DNA of 9,958 nt, taken from the IMG/VR virus record IMGVR_UViG_2541047699_000001, one strand, 5' to 3'. Below the pieces are notes generated by a model, which was not told the DNA's origin, did not search any database, and saw nothing but the letters and a program-made list of their open reading frames with translations. This document shows, piece after piece, positions 1 through 6,840 of the stretch; the stretch's first letter is position 1, and every line of letters begins with the position of its first letter. The position numbers were made by a program, and so were the translations under genes. This DNA comes from a virus (taxonomy: Duplodnaviria > Heunggongvirae > Uroviricota > Caudoviricetes).

Positions 1-400
1 TGGCCTCGTCACTGAAAAAATTCTTTTTCGGTTTGCGCCGCCCGCCTTTGTTGCGGTTAGCGACGTTCGGATTAAGGTCTGCCTCGTTGCCGGTCTGGCT
101 GTAGCGGTTGACCCGTGCCAGTCGTTCAATCTGGCGTCCCAGCAGGTCAATTTCCTTGAAGTCACCGCCGGTTTTCTGCGGTTTGATGATGAGCTGGGTC
201 AGCCGCGCTTCCAGGCTCATTTCGACACGGCTGATGGGGGCAACGCTGTCCCAGCCGTCGCGCTGTTTCCAGCTCTGCACCGTCGGGCGTTTCATCTGCA
301 ACATGGCGGCAATCTGCGGCACGGAAAACCCCTGCCAGTACAGCAGCGCCGCCTGACGACGCGGGTCGTGTAAAAGAGTGGTGTCTGTGGTGATGGTCAT
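1..400 (-). CDS. P: Terminase ATPase (large) subunit gpP, N-terminal portion only; gene continues beyond the left edge of the window
   Basis: Minus-strand frame open from the ATG at 400..398 (complement) to position 1 with no stop. Hand translation gives MTITTDTTLLHDPRRQAALLYWQGFSVPQIAAMLQMKRPTVQSWKQRDGW...KKNFFSDEA, which I recognise as the P2 gpP N-terminus. GAGG Shine-Dalgarno about 6 nt upstream on the minus strand. Absent from the ORF track because it has no in-window stop. Confidence 0.88.
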   Translation of the reverse strand, partial: MTITTDTTLLHDPRRQAALLYWQGFSVPQIAAMLQMKRPTVQSWKQRDGWDSVAPISRVEMSLEARLTQLIIKPQKTGGDFKEIDLLGRQIERLARVNRYSQTGNEADLNPNVANRNKGGRRKPKKNFFSDEA

Positions 401-573
401 GAATACCTCGCCGTGATGAATACACGGCAAGGCTACTGAGTCGCGCCCCGCGATTCGCTAAGGTGCTGTTGTGTCAGTGATAAGCCATCCGGGACTGATG
501 GCGGAGGATGCGCATCGTCGGGAAACTGATGCCGACATGTGACTCCTCTAATCACTATTCAGGACTCCTGACA
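401..573. promoter_or_regulatory. Divergent P/O intergenic region; expected location of the back-to-back late promoters (PP leftward, PO rightward) of P2-like phages
   Basis: 173-bp non-coding interval between divergently oriented P (start 400, minus) and O (start 574, plus). In P2 the late promoters are Ogr-activated with a partial TGT-N12-ACA dyad near -55; I could not find a perfect copy by eye. Contains a 6-bp hairpin (410..415 / 423..428) and an 8-nt direct repeat atgaatac (399..406, 416..423). Confidence 0.45.
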
Positions 574-1428
574 ATGGCAAAAAAAGTCTCAAAATTCTTT
601 CGTATCGGCGTTGAGGGTGACACCTGTGACGGGCGTGTCATCAGTGCGCAGGATATTCAGGAAATGGCCGAAACCTTTGACCCGCGTGTCTACGGTTGCC
701 GCATTAACCTGGAACATCTGCGCGGCATCCTGCCTGACGGTATTTTTAAACGTTATGGCGATGTGGTCGAACTGAAGGCCGAAAAGATTGACGATGATTC
801 GGCGCTGAAAGGCAAATGGGCGCTGTTTGCGAAAATCACCCCGACCGATGACCTTATCGCGATGAACAAGGCCGCGCAGAAGGTCTACACCTCAATGGAA
901 ATTCAGCCGAACTTTGCCAACACCGGCAAATGTTATCTGGTGGGGCTGGCCGTCACCGATGACCCGGCAAGCCTCGGCACGGAATACCTGGAATTCTGCC
1001 GCACGGCAAAACACAACCCCCTGAACCGCTTCAAATTAAGCCCTGAAAACCTGATTTCAGTGGCAACGCCCGTTGAGCTGGAATTTGAAGACCTGCCTGA
1101 AACCGTGTTCACCGCCCTGACCGAAAAGGTGAAATCCATTTTTGGCCGCAAACAGGCCAGCGATGACGCCCGTCTGAATGATGTGCATGAAGCGGTGACC
1201 GCTGTCGCTGAACATGTGCAGGAAAAACTGAGCGCCACTGAGCAGCGCCTCGCAGAGATGGAAACCGCCTTTTCTGCACTTAAGCAGGATGTGACTGACA
1301 GGGCGGATGAAACCAGCCAGGCATTCACCCGCCTGAAAAACAGCCTCGACCACACCGAAAGTCTGACCCAGCAGCGCCGCAGCAAAGCCACCGGCGGTGG
1401 TGGTGACGCCCTGATGACGAACTGCTGA
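574..1428 (+). CDS. O: Capsid scaffolding protein / prohead protease gpO
   Basis: ORF 508..1428 trimmed to the internal ATG at 574 (MAKKVSKFFRIGVEG...), which has AGGA 10 nt upstream and gives 284 aa, the P2 gpO length as I recall it. C-terminal half is rich in predicted helix/coiled-coil (scaffolding domain). Confidence 0.92.
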   Translation: MAKKVSKFFRIGVEGDTCDGRVISAQDIQEMAETFDPRVYGCRINLEHLRGILPDGIFKRYGDVVELKAEKIDDDSALKGKWALFAKITPTDDLIAMNKAAQKVYTSMEIQPNFANTGKCYLVGLAVTDDPASLGTEYLEFCRTAKHNPLNRFKLSPENLISVATPVELEFEDLPETVFTALTEKVKSIFGRKQASDDARLNDVHEAVTAVAEHVQEKLSATEQRLAEMETAFSALKQDVTDRADETSQAFTRLKNSLDHTESLTQQRRSKATGGGGDALMTNC

Positions 1429-1486
1429 CCGGCGTCAGCCAGTCCGGGCAAACCTTCACGATTAACCCTTAATTTCAGGAAAAAAT

Positions 1487-2560
1487 ATGCGCCAGGAAAC
1501 CCGCTTTAAATTTAATGCCTACCTGTCCCGTGTTGCCGAACTGAACGGCATCGACGCCGGTGATGTGTCGAAAAAATTCACCGTTGAACCGTCGGTCACC
1601 CAGACCCTGATGAACACCATGCAGGAGTCCTCTGATTTTCTGACCCGCATCAACATTGTGCCGGTCAGCGAAATGAAAGGGGAAAAAATTGGCATCGGTG
1701 TCACCGGCTCCATCGCCAGCACCACCGACACCGCCGGTGGCACCGAGCGTCAGCCGAAGGACTTCTCGAAGCTGGCGTCTAACAAGTACGAATGCGACCA
1801 GATTAACTTCGATTTTTATATCCGCTACAAAACGCTGGACCTGTGGGCGCGTTATCAGGATTTCCAGCTCCGTATCCGTAACGCCATTATCAAACGCCAG
1901 TCCCTTGATTTCATCATGGCCGGTTTTAACGGCGTGAAGCGTGCCGAAACCTCTGACCGCAGCAGTAATCCGATGCTACAGGATGTGGCGGTCGGCTGGC
2001 TGCAGAAATACCGCAATGAAGCCCCGGCGCGCGTGATGAGCAAGGTCACTGACGAGGAAGGGCACACCACCTCTGAGGTTATCCGCGTGGGTAAGGGCGG
2101 TGATTATGCCAGCCTTGATGCACTGGTGATGGATGCGACCAACAACCTGATTGAACCGTGGTATCAGGAAGACCCTGACCTTGTGGTGATAGTGGGACGT
2201 CAGTTACTGGCGGACAAGTATTTCCCCATCGTTAACAAGGAGCAGGACAACAGCGAAATGCTGGCCGCTGACGTCATCATCAGCCAGAAACGCATCGGTA
2301 ACCTGCCGGCGGTACGCGTCCCGTACTTCCCGGCGGATGCGATGCTCATCACGAAGCTGGAAAACCTGTCCATCTACTACATGGATGACAGCCATCGCCG
2401 CGTGATTGAGGAAAACCCGAAACTCGACCGCGTGGAGAACTACGAGTCAATGAACATTGATTACGTGGTGGAAGACTACGCCGCCGGTTGTCTGGTGGAA
2501 AAAATTAAGGTCGGTGATTTCTCCACACCGGCTAAAGCGACCGCAGAGCCGGGAGCGTAA
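1487..2560 (+). CDS. N: Major capsid protein gpN
   Basis: 357-aa ORF beginning MRQETRFKFNAYLSRVAELNGIDAGD..., AGGA 6 nt upstream of the ATG; length and sequence match my recollection of P2 gpN; lies directly after O as in P2. Confidence 0.93.
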   Translation: MRQETRFKFNAYLSRVAELNGIDAGDVSKKFTVEPSVTQTLMNTMQESSDFLTRINIVPVSEMKGEKIGIGVTGSIASTTDTAGGTERQPKDFSKLASNKYECDQINFDFYIRYKTLDLWARYQDFQLRIRNAIIKRQSLDFIMAGFNGVKRAETSDRSSNPMLQDVAVGWLQKYRNEAPARVMSKVTDEEGHTTSEVIRVGKGGDYASLDALVMDATNNLIEPWYQEDPDLVVIVGRQLLADKYFPIVNKEQDNSEMLAADVIISQKRIGNLPAVRVPYFPADAMLITKLENLSIYYMDDSHRRVIEENPKLDRVENYESMNIDYVVEDYAAGCLVEKIKVGDFSTPAKATAEPGA

Positions 2561-2563
2561 CCG

Positions 2564-3307
2564 ATGACGAGTCCCGCACAGCGCCACATGATGCGGGTCT
2601 CGGCAGCGATAACCGCGCAGCGGGAAGCTGCCCCGCTGCGACATGCAACTGTCTATGAGCAGATGCTGGTTAAGCTCGCCGCAGACCAGCGCACACTGAA
2701 AGCGATTTATTCAAAAGAGCTGAAGGCCGCGAAAAAACGCGAACTGCTGCCGTTCTGGTTGCCGTGGGTGAACGGCGTGCTGGAGCAGGGCAAAGGTGCA
2801 CAGGATGACATTCTGATGACGGTCATGCTGTGGCGTCTGGATACCGGCGATATTGCCGGTGCGCTGGAGATTGCCCGTTATGCCCTGAAGTACGGTCTGA
2901 CCATGCCGGGTAAACACCGCCGCACCCCGCCGTACATGTTCACCGAGGAGGTAGCGCTTGCGGCCATGCGCGCCCACGCGGCCGGTGAGTCTGTGGATAC
3001 CCGCCTGCTGACGGAGACCCTTGAACTGACCGCCACGGCAGACATGCCTGATGAAGTGCGCGCAAAGCTGCACAAAATCACCGGTCTGTTTCTGCGTGAC
3101 GGTGGTGATGCCGCCGGTGCGCTGGCTCACCTGCAACGTGCGACACAGCTCGACTGTCAGGCAGGCGTCAAAAAAGAGATTGAACGACTGGAGCGGGAGC
3201 TGAAACCGAAGCCGGAGCCGCAGCCAAAAGCGGCCACCCGCGCCCCGCGTAAGACCCGGAGTGCGACACCGGCAAAACGTGGACGCCCGAAAAAGAAAGC
3301 CAGTTAA
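2564..3307 (+). CDS. M: Terminase endonuclease (small) subunit gpM
   Basis: 247-aa ORF starting 3 nt after the N stop, GGGAG Shine-Dalgarno; strongly basic, Pro-rich C-terminal tail ending ...PAKRGRPKKKAS; position and size as in P2 gpM. Confidence 0.9.
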   Translation: MTSPAQRHMMRVSAAITAQREAAPLRHATVYEQMLVKLAADQRTLKAIYSKELKAAKKRELLPFWLPWVNGVLEQGKGAQDDILMTVMLWRLDTGDIAGALEIARYALKYGLTMPGKHRRTPPYMFTEEVALAAMRAHAAGESVDTRLLTETLELTATADMPDEVRAKLHKITGLFLRDGGDAAGALAHLQRATQLDCQAGVKKEIERLERELKPKPEPQPKAATRAPRKTRSATPAKRGRPKKKAS

Positions 3308-3406
3308 CAACCGAATGCGCCCCGCGCCAGGGCGGCACGCCGGTCAGTGAGGGTGAATCACCTGACACTGCACCGGCGTCCACCGCCCGACTTTTCAGAG
3401 GTAGTC

Positions 3407-3916
3407 ATGATGACGCTGATTATTCCGCGAAAGGAGGCTCCTGTGTCCGGTGAGGGGACGGTGGTCATCCCGCAACCGGCAGGCGACGAGCCGGTGATTA
3501 AAAACACGTTCTTTTTTCCCGATATCGACCCGAAGCGCGTCCGGGAACGTATGCGCCTTGAGCAGACCGTCGCCCCCGCCCGTCTGCGTGAGGCCATCAA
3601 GTCAGGCATGGCGGAAACAAATGCGGAGCTGTACGAGTACCGCGAACAGAAAATTGCCGCCGGTTTTACGCGTCTGGCGGACGTTCCGGCAGACGATATC
3701 GACGGTGAAAGCATCAAAGTTTTTTACTACGAGCGCGCCGTGTGTGCGATGGCGACCGCGTCGCTTTATGAGCGTTATCGCGGCGTGGATGCCAGTGCGA
3801 AAGGCGACAAGAAGGCCGACAGCATTGACAGCACCATTGATGAGCTGTGGCGGGATATGCGCTGGGCAGTGGCGCGCATCCAGGACAAGCCGCGCTGCAT
3901 CGTGAGTCAAATCTGA
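3407..3916 (+). CDS. L: Head completion / stabilisation protein gpL
   Basis: ORF 3347..3916 begins at a GTG; I prefer the ATG at 3407 (MMTLIIPRKEAP...), which has GAGGTAG just upstream and gives 169 aa, the P2 gpL size as I recall it. Confidence 0.86.
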   Translation: MMTLIIPRKEAPVSGEGTVVIPQPAGDEPVIKNTFFFPDIDPKRVRERMRLEQTVAPARLREAIKSGMAETNAELYEYREQKIAAGFTRLADVPADDIDGESIKVFYYERAVCAMATASLYERYRGVDASAKGDKKADSIDSTIDELWRDMRWAVARIQDKPRCIVSQI

Positions 3917-4119
3917 TGAAGACCTTTGCGCTACAGGGCGACACGCTCGACGCCATTTGTGTCCGGTATTACGGGCGCACTGAGGGCGTGGTCGGGGCCG
4001 TGCTCGCCGCAAATCCGGGACTGGCTGAACTGGGGGCGGTGCTGCCACATGGCACCGCCGTCGAACTGCCCGACGTTCAGACCGCGCCCGTGGCTGAAAC
4101 TGTCAATCTGTGGGAGTAA
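3916..4119 (+). CDS. X: Tail protein gpX (small LysM-like protein)
   Basis: ORF 3847..4119 trimmed to the ATG at 3916 (MKTFALQGDTLDAICVRYYGRTEGVV...), giving 67 aa as in P2 gpX; the start overlaps the L stop by 1 nt (TGATG). Confidence 0.85.
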   Translation: MKTFALQGDTLDAICVRYYGRTEGVVGAVLAANPGLAELGAVLPHGTAVELPDVQTAPVAETVNLWE

Positions 4120-4122
4120 CGC

Positions 4123-4404
4123 ATGACAGCAGAAGAAAAAAGCGTCCTGTCGCTTTTCATGATTGGGGTGCTGATTGTTGTCGGCAAGGTGCTTGCCGGT
4201 GGTGAACCCATCACCCCGCGTCTGTTTATCGGGCGCATGTTGCTCGGTGGTTTTGTCTCGATGGTTGCCGGTGTTGTTCTGGTGCAGTTTCCTGACCTGT
4301 CACTGCCTGCGGTGTGCGGCATCGGCTCCATGCTGGGTATCGCCGGTTATCAGGTGATTGAGATTGCCATTCAGCGCCGCTTTAAGGGCAGGGGGAAACA
4401 GTAA
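4123..4404 (+). CDS. Y: Holin gpY
   Basis: 93-aa ORF with hydrophobic membrane-spanning segments (LSLFMIGVLIVVGKVLAGG..., GFVSMVAGVVLVQF...) and a charged C-terminus (QRRFKGRGKQ); GGGAG Shine-Dalgarno; immediately precedes the endolysin. Confidence 0.85.
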   Translation: MTAEEKSVLSLFMIGVLIVVGKVLAGGEPITPRLFIGRMLLGGFVSMVAGVVLVQFPDLSLPAVCGIGSMLGIAGYQVIEIAIQRRFKGRGKQ

Positions 4405-4901
4405 TGCCGGTAATTAACACGCATCAGAATATCGCCGCCTTTCTCGACATGCTGGCCGTGTCCGAAGGGACGGCGAATCATCCGCTGACGAAAAACCGGG
4501 GCTATGACGTGATAGTCACCGGACTGGACGGAAAACCGGAAATCTTCACCGACTACAGTGACCACCCGTTCGCACATGGCCGACCGGCGAAGGTGTTTAA
4601 CCGTCGCGGTGAAAAATCCACGGCCTCCGGTCGCTATCAGCAGCTTTACCTGTTCTGGCCGCATTACCGCAAACAGCTTGCCCTGCCGGATTTCAGTCCG
4701 TTGTCACAGGACAGACTCGCCATTCAGTTGATCCGCGAACGCGGTGCGCTGGATGACATCCGGGCGGGGCGCATTGAGCGCGCCATTTCACGCTGTCGCA
4801 ATATCTGGGCGTCCCTGCCGGGTGCCGGTTACGGTCAGCGTGAGCATTCACTGGAAAAACTGGTCACCGTCTGGCGTACCGCTGGCGGCGTACCGGCTTA
4901 A
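4404..4901 (+). CDS. K: Endolysin gpK (lambda R-type lytic transglycosylase family)
   Basis: 165-aa ORF; N-terminal FLDMLAVSEGT motif with the catalytic Glu codon at 4464..4466, and an NIWASLPGAGYGQ motif, both closely resembling phage lambda R as I recall it; start overlaps the Y stop (TAATG). Confidence 0.92.
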   Translation: MPVINTHQNIAAFLDMLAVSEGTANHPLTKNRGYDVIVTGLDGKPEIFTDYSDHPFAHGRPAKVFNRRGEKSTASGRYQQLYLFWPHYRKQLALPDFSPLSQDRLAIQLIRERGALDDIRAGRIERAISRCRNIWASLPGAGYGQREHSLEKLVTVWRTAGGVPA

Positions 4902-4915
4902 ACGGAGTAAACACC

Positions 4916-5341
4916 ATGAAGAAATTATCCCTTTCACTGATGCTGAACGTGTCGCTGGCGCTGATGCTGGCACTGTCCCTGATTTACCCGCAGAGCGTGG
5001 CCGTCAGTTTTGTCGCCGCCTGGGCGATTCTGGCGACGGTTATCTGTGTGGTTGCCGGTGGTGTCGGCGTGTATGCCACTGAGTGTGTGCTGGAACGCTA
5101 CGGGCGGGAGCTGCCGCCGGAATCGCTGGCCGTGAAGATTGTCACGGCGCTGTTTTTGCAGCCGGTGCCGTGGTGCAGACGGGCGGCGGCTCTGGTGGTG
5201 ATGGTGGCGACGTTTATCGCGCTGGTCGCTGCCGGGTGGATTTTTACCGCGCTGATTTATCTCGTGGCGTCGCTGTTTTTCCGGCTGATACGCACGGCCT
5301 GCCGTCAGCGTCTTGAGGGGCGGGAACTATGTCAAAGCTGA
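4916..5341 (+). CDS. lysA: LysA, membrane protein of the lysis cassette (lysis-timing, antiholin-like)
   Basis: 141-aa ORF with several strongly hydrophobic segments; GGAG Shine-Dalgarno; sits between K and lysB as in P2. Confidence 0.8.
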   Translation: MKKLSLSLMLNVSLALMLALSLIYPQSVAVSFVAAWAILATVICVVAGGVGVYATECVLERYGRELPPESLAVKIVTALFLQPVPWCRRAAALVVMVATFIALVAAGWIFTALIYLVASLFFRLIRTACRQRLEGRELCQS

Positions 5342-5754
5342 TGATTGCACTGGTCGTGTTGTTATCGCTGGCGGTGGCTGGGCTGTTTCTGGCGAAGCAT
5401 GAAAACGCCAGACTGCGCGCCTCACTGGACAGGGCGAACAATGTCGCCAGCGGGCAGCAGACGACCATCACCATGCTGAAAAATCAGCTTCATGTTGCGC
5501 TCACCAGGGCAGACAAAAACGAGCTGGCGCAGGTGGCACTGCGTCAGGAACTGGAGAACGCCGCGAAGCGTGAAGCACAGCGCGAGAAAACCATCACGAG
5601 GTTACTCAATGAAAACGAAGATTTTCGCCGCTGGTACGGCGCTGACCTGCCTGATGCTGTGCGCCGGTTGCACCAGCGCCCCGCCTGCACCGACGCCAGT
5701 GATTGTCCACAACGCCTGCCCGAAAGTGAGTCTTTGCCCGATGCCGGGCAGTGA
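5329..5754 (+). CDS. lysB: LysB, Rz-like inner-membrane spanin (i-spanin)
   Basis: 141-aa ORF: N-terminal transmembrane anchor (LMIALVVLLSLAVAGLFLA) followed by a charged helical periplasmic domain; overlaps the lysA 3' end by 13 nt. Confidence 0.8.
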   Translation: MSKLMIALVVLLSLAVAGLFLAKHENARLRASLDRANNVASGQQTTITMLKNQLHVALTRADKNELAQVALRQELENAAKREAQREKTITRLLNENEDFRRWYGADLPDAVRRLHQRPACTDASDCPQRLPESESLPDAGQ

Positions 5755-5899
5755 CCCGCAGACGAACGGCGATTTAAGTGCCGATATCCGGCAGCTTGAG
5801 AACGCGCTGGCGCGCTGTGCCAGCCAGGTAAAAATGATTAAACACTGTCAGGACGAAAACGATGCTCAAACCCGACAGCCTGCACAGGGCGCTGACTGA
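5609..5899 (+). CDS. lysC: LysC, Rz1-like outer-membrane lipoprotein spanin (o-spanin), encoded out of frame across the lysB 3' end
   Basis: ORF 5492..5899 trimmed to the ATG at 5609 (MKTKIFAAGTALTCLMLCAGCTSAPPAPTPV...): signal peptide, lipobox-like LCAG|C, Pro-rich mature region; 96 aa. Starts inside lysB in another frame and ends inside gpR. Confidence 0.75.
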   Translation: MKTKIFAAGTALTCLMLCAGCTSAPPAPTPVIVHNACPKVSLCPMPGSDPQTNGDLSADIRQLENALARCASQVKMIKHCQDENDAQTRQPAQGAD

Positions 5900-6329
5900 T
5901 GCCGTCACGGTACTGAAAACTAACCCCGATATGCTGCGGATATTCGTGGATAACGGGAGTATTGCCTCCACACTGGCGACGTCGTTGTCATTCGAAAAGC
6001 GTTACACGCTCAATGTCATTGTGACCGACTTTACCGGTGATTTTGACCTGCTCATCGTGCCGGTGCTGGCGTGGCTGCGGGAAAATCAGCCCGACATCAT
6101 GACCACTGACGAAGGTCAGAAAAAGGGCTTCACGTTTTATGCAGACATCAACAATGACAGCAGCTTTGATATCAGCATCAGCCTGATGCTGACCGAGCGC
6201 ACGCTGGTCAGTGAGGTGGACGGCGCGCTGCATGTGAAGAATATCCCGGAACCCCCGCCGCCGGAGCCGGTCACCCGCCCGATGGAGCTTTATATCAATG
6301 GCGAACTGGTGAGCAAGTGGGATGAATGA
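5862..6329 (+). CDS. R: Tail completion protein gpR
   Basis: 155-aa ORF, position and size as P2 gpR; 5' end overlaps the lysC 3' end. Confidence 0.88.
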   Translation: MLKPDSLHRALTDAVTVLKTNPDMLRIFVDNGSIASTLATSLSFEKRYTLNVIVTDFTGDFDLLIVPVLAWLRENQPDIMTTDEGQKKGFTFYADINNDSSFDISISLMLTERTLVSEVDGALHVKNIPEPPPPEPVTRPMELYINGELVSKWDE

Positions 6330-6774
6330 GTTTAAGCGTTTTGAAGACCGGCTGACCGGACTGACTGAATCGCTGTCACCGTCAGGGCGTCGGCGACTGA
6401 GTGCCGAACTGGCGAAACGTCTGCGGCAGAGTCAGCAGCGTCGGGTGATGGCACAGAAAGCCCCGGACGGCACACCCTACGCGCCACGCCAGCAGCAGAG
6501 CGTCAGAAAAAAGACCGGTCGCGTTAAGCGAAAAATGTTTGCGAAACTTATCACCAGTCGTTTTTTGCATATCCGCGCCAGCCCGGAACAGGCATCAATG
6601 GAGTTTTACGGCGGGAAGTCACCGAAAATTGCCAGCGTGCATCAGTTCGGTCTGTCGGAAGAAAACCGGAAAGACGGTAAGAAAATTGATTATCCGGCGC
6701 GTCCTCTGCTCGGCTTTACCGGTGAGGATGTGCAGATGATTGAAGAGATTATTCTGGCTCACCTCGACCGTTAG
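6322..6774 (+). CDS. S: Tail completion protein gpS
   Basis: 150-aa ORF, position and size as P2 gpS; start overlaps the R stop by 8 nt (ATGAATGA). Confidence 0.88.
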   Translation: MNEFKRFEDRLTGLTESLSPSGRRRLSAELAKRLRQSQQRRVMAQKAPDGTPYAPRQQQSVRKKTGRVKRKMFAKLITSRFLHIRASPEQASMEFYGGKSPKIASVHQFGLSEENRKDGKKIDYPARPLLGFTGEDVQMIEEIILAHLDR

Positions 6775-6840
6775 TTGTGCCATTCCCGACACCTCATCGT
6801 CACATTGCCGCCGGTATGACCCGGCGGCATCCTTCCCGTT
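6775..6840. promoter_or_regulatory. S/V intergenic junction; expected site of the O-operon terminator and the PV late promoter
   Basis: 66-bp gap. Partial dyad TGT(6776..6778)...ACA(6789..6791), with ACC at the canonical N12 spacing; perfect GC-rich hairpin at 6806..6829; no purine-rich Shine-Dalgarno before the V ATG. Confidence 0.4.
6806..6829. repeat. Perfect inverted repeat / hairpin (9-bp stem tgccgccgg / ccggcggca, 6-nt loop tatgac)
   Basis: Read directly from the sequence: 6806..6814 is the exact reverse complement of 6821..6829. Not followed by a T-tract. Confidence 0.6.

Noticed and set aside
1-400. Possible cos (cohesive end) site in the window
   Set aside because: In P2-type genomes cos lies beyond gene Q, which is to the left of P and outside this window; nothing here suggests a cos site.
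508-573. Upstream extensions of O (from 508), L (from the GTG at 3347) and X (from 3847) given by the ORF track
   Set aside because: Internal ATGs at 574, 3407 and 3916 each have a Shine-Dalgarno at proper spacing and give protein lengths matching P2 gpO, gpL and gpX as I recall them; the extensions run through intergenic or upstream-gene sequence.
1424-1439. Small hairpin (gctgac-cggc-gtcagc) overlapping the O stop codon, considered as an intrinsic terminator
   Set aside because: Only a 6-bp stem with no following T-tract; N follows 58 nt downstream with its own Shine-Dalgarno and is probably co-transcribed.
933-1451. Long antisense ORFs in the six-frame track (933..1451, 2711..3310, 3602..4048, 6619..7143, 7095..7535, 8344..8952, 8756..9466, all minus strand, 146-236 aa)
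   Set aside because: Each lies wholly antisense to a well-supported structural gene; predicted proteins are Arg/Ser/Ala/Pro/Cys-rich low-complexity sequences with no obvious ribosome-binding site. Long open antisense frames are expected by chance in GC-rich coding DNA.
5083-5316. Gly-rich 77-aa ORF and other alternate-frame plus-strand ORFs (1689..1937, 3558..3905, 3926..4126, 4175..4357, 4744..5082, 6539..6739, 8219..8440, 8730..8975)
   Set aside because: All are embedded out of frame in recognised genes, lack ribosome-binding sites and have low-complexity composition; only lysC is a credible embedded gene, supported by its signal peptide and lipobox.
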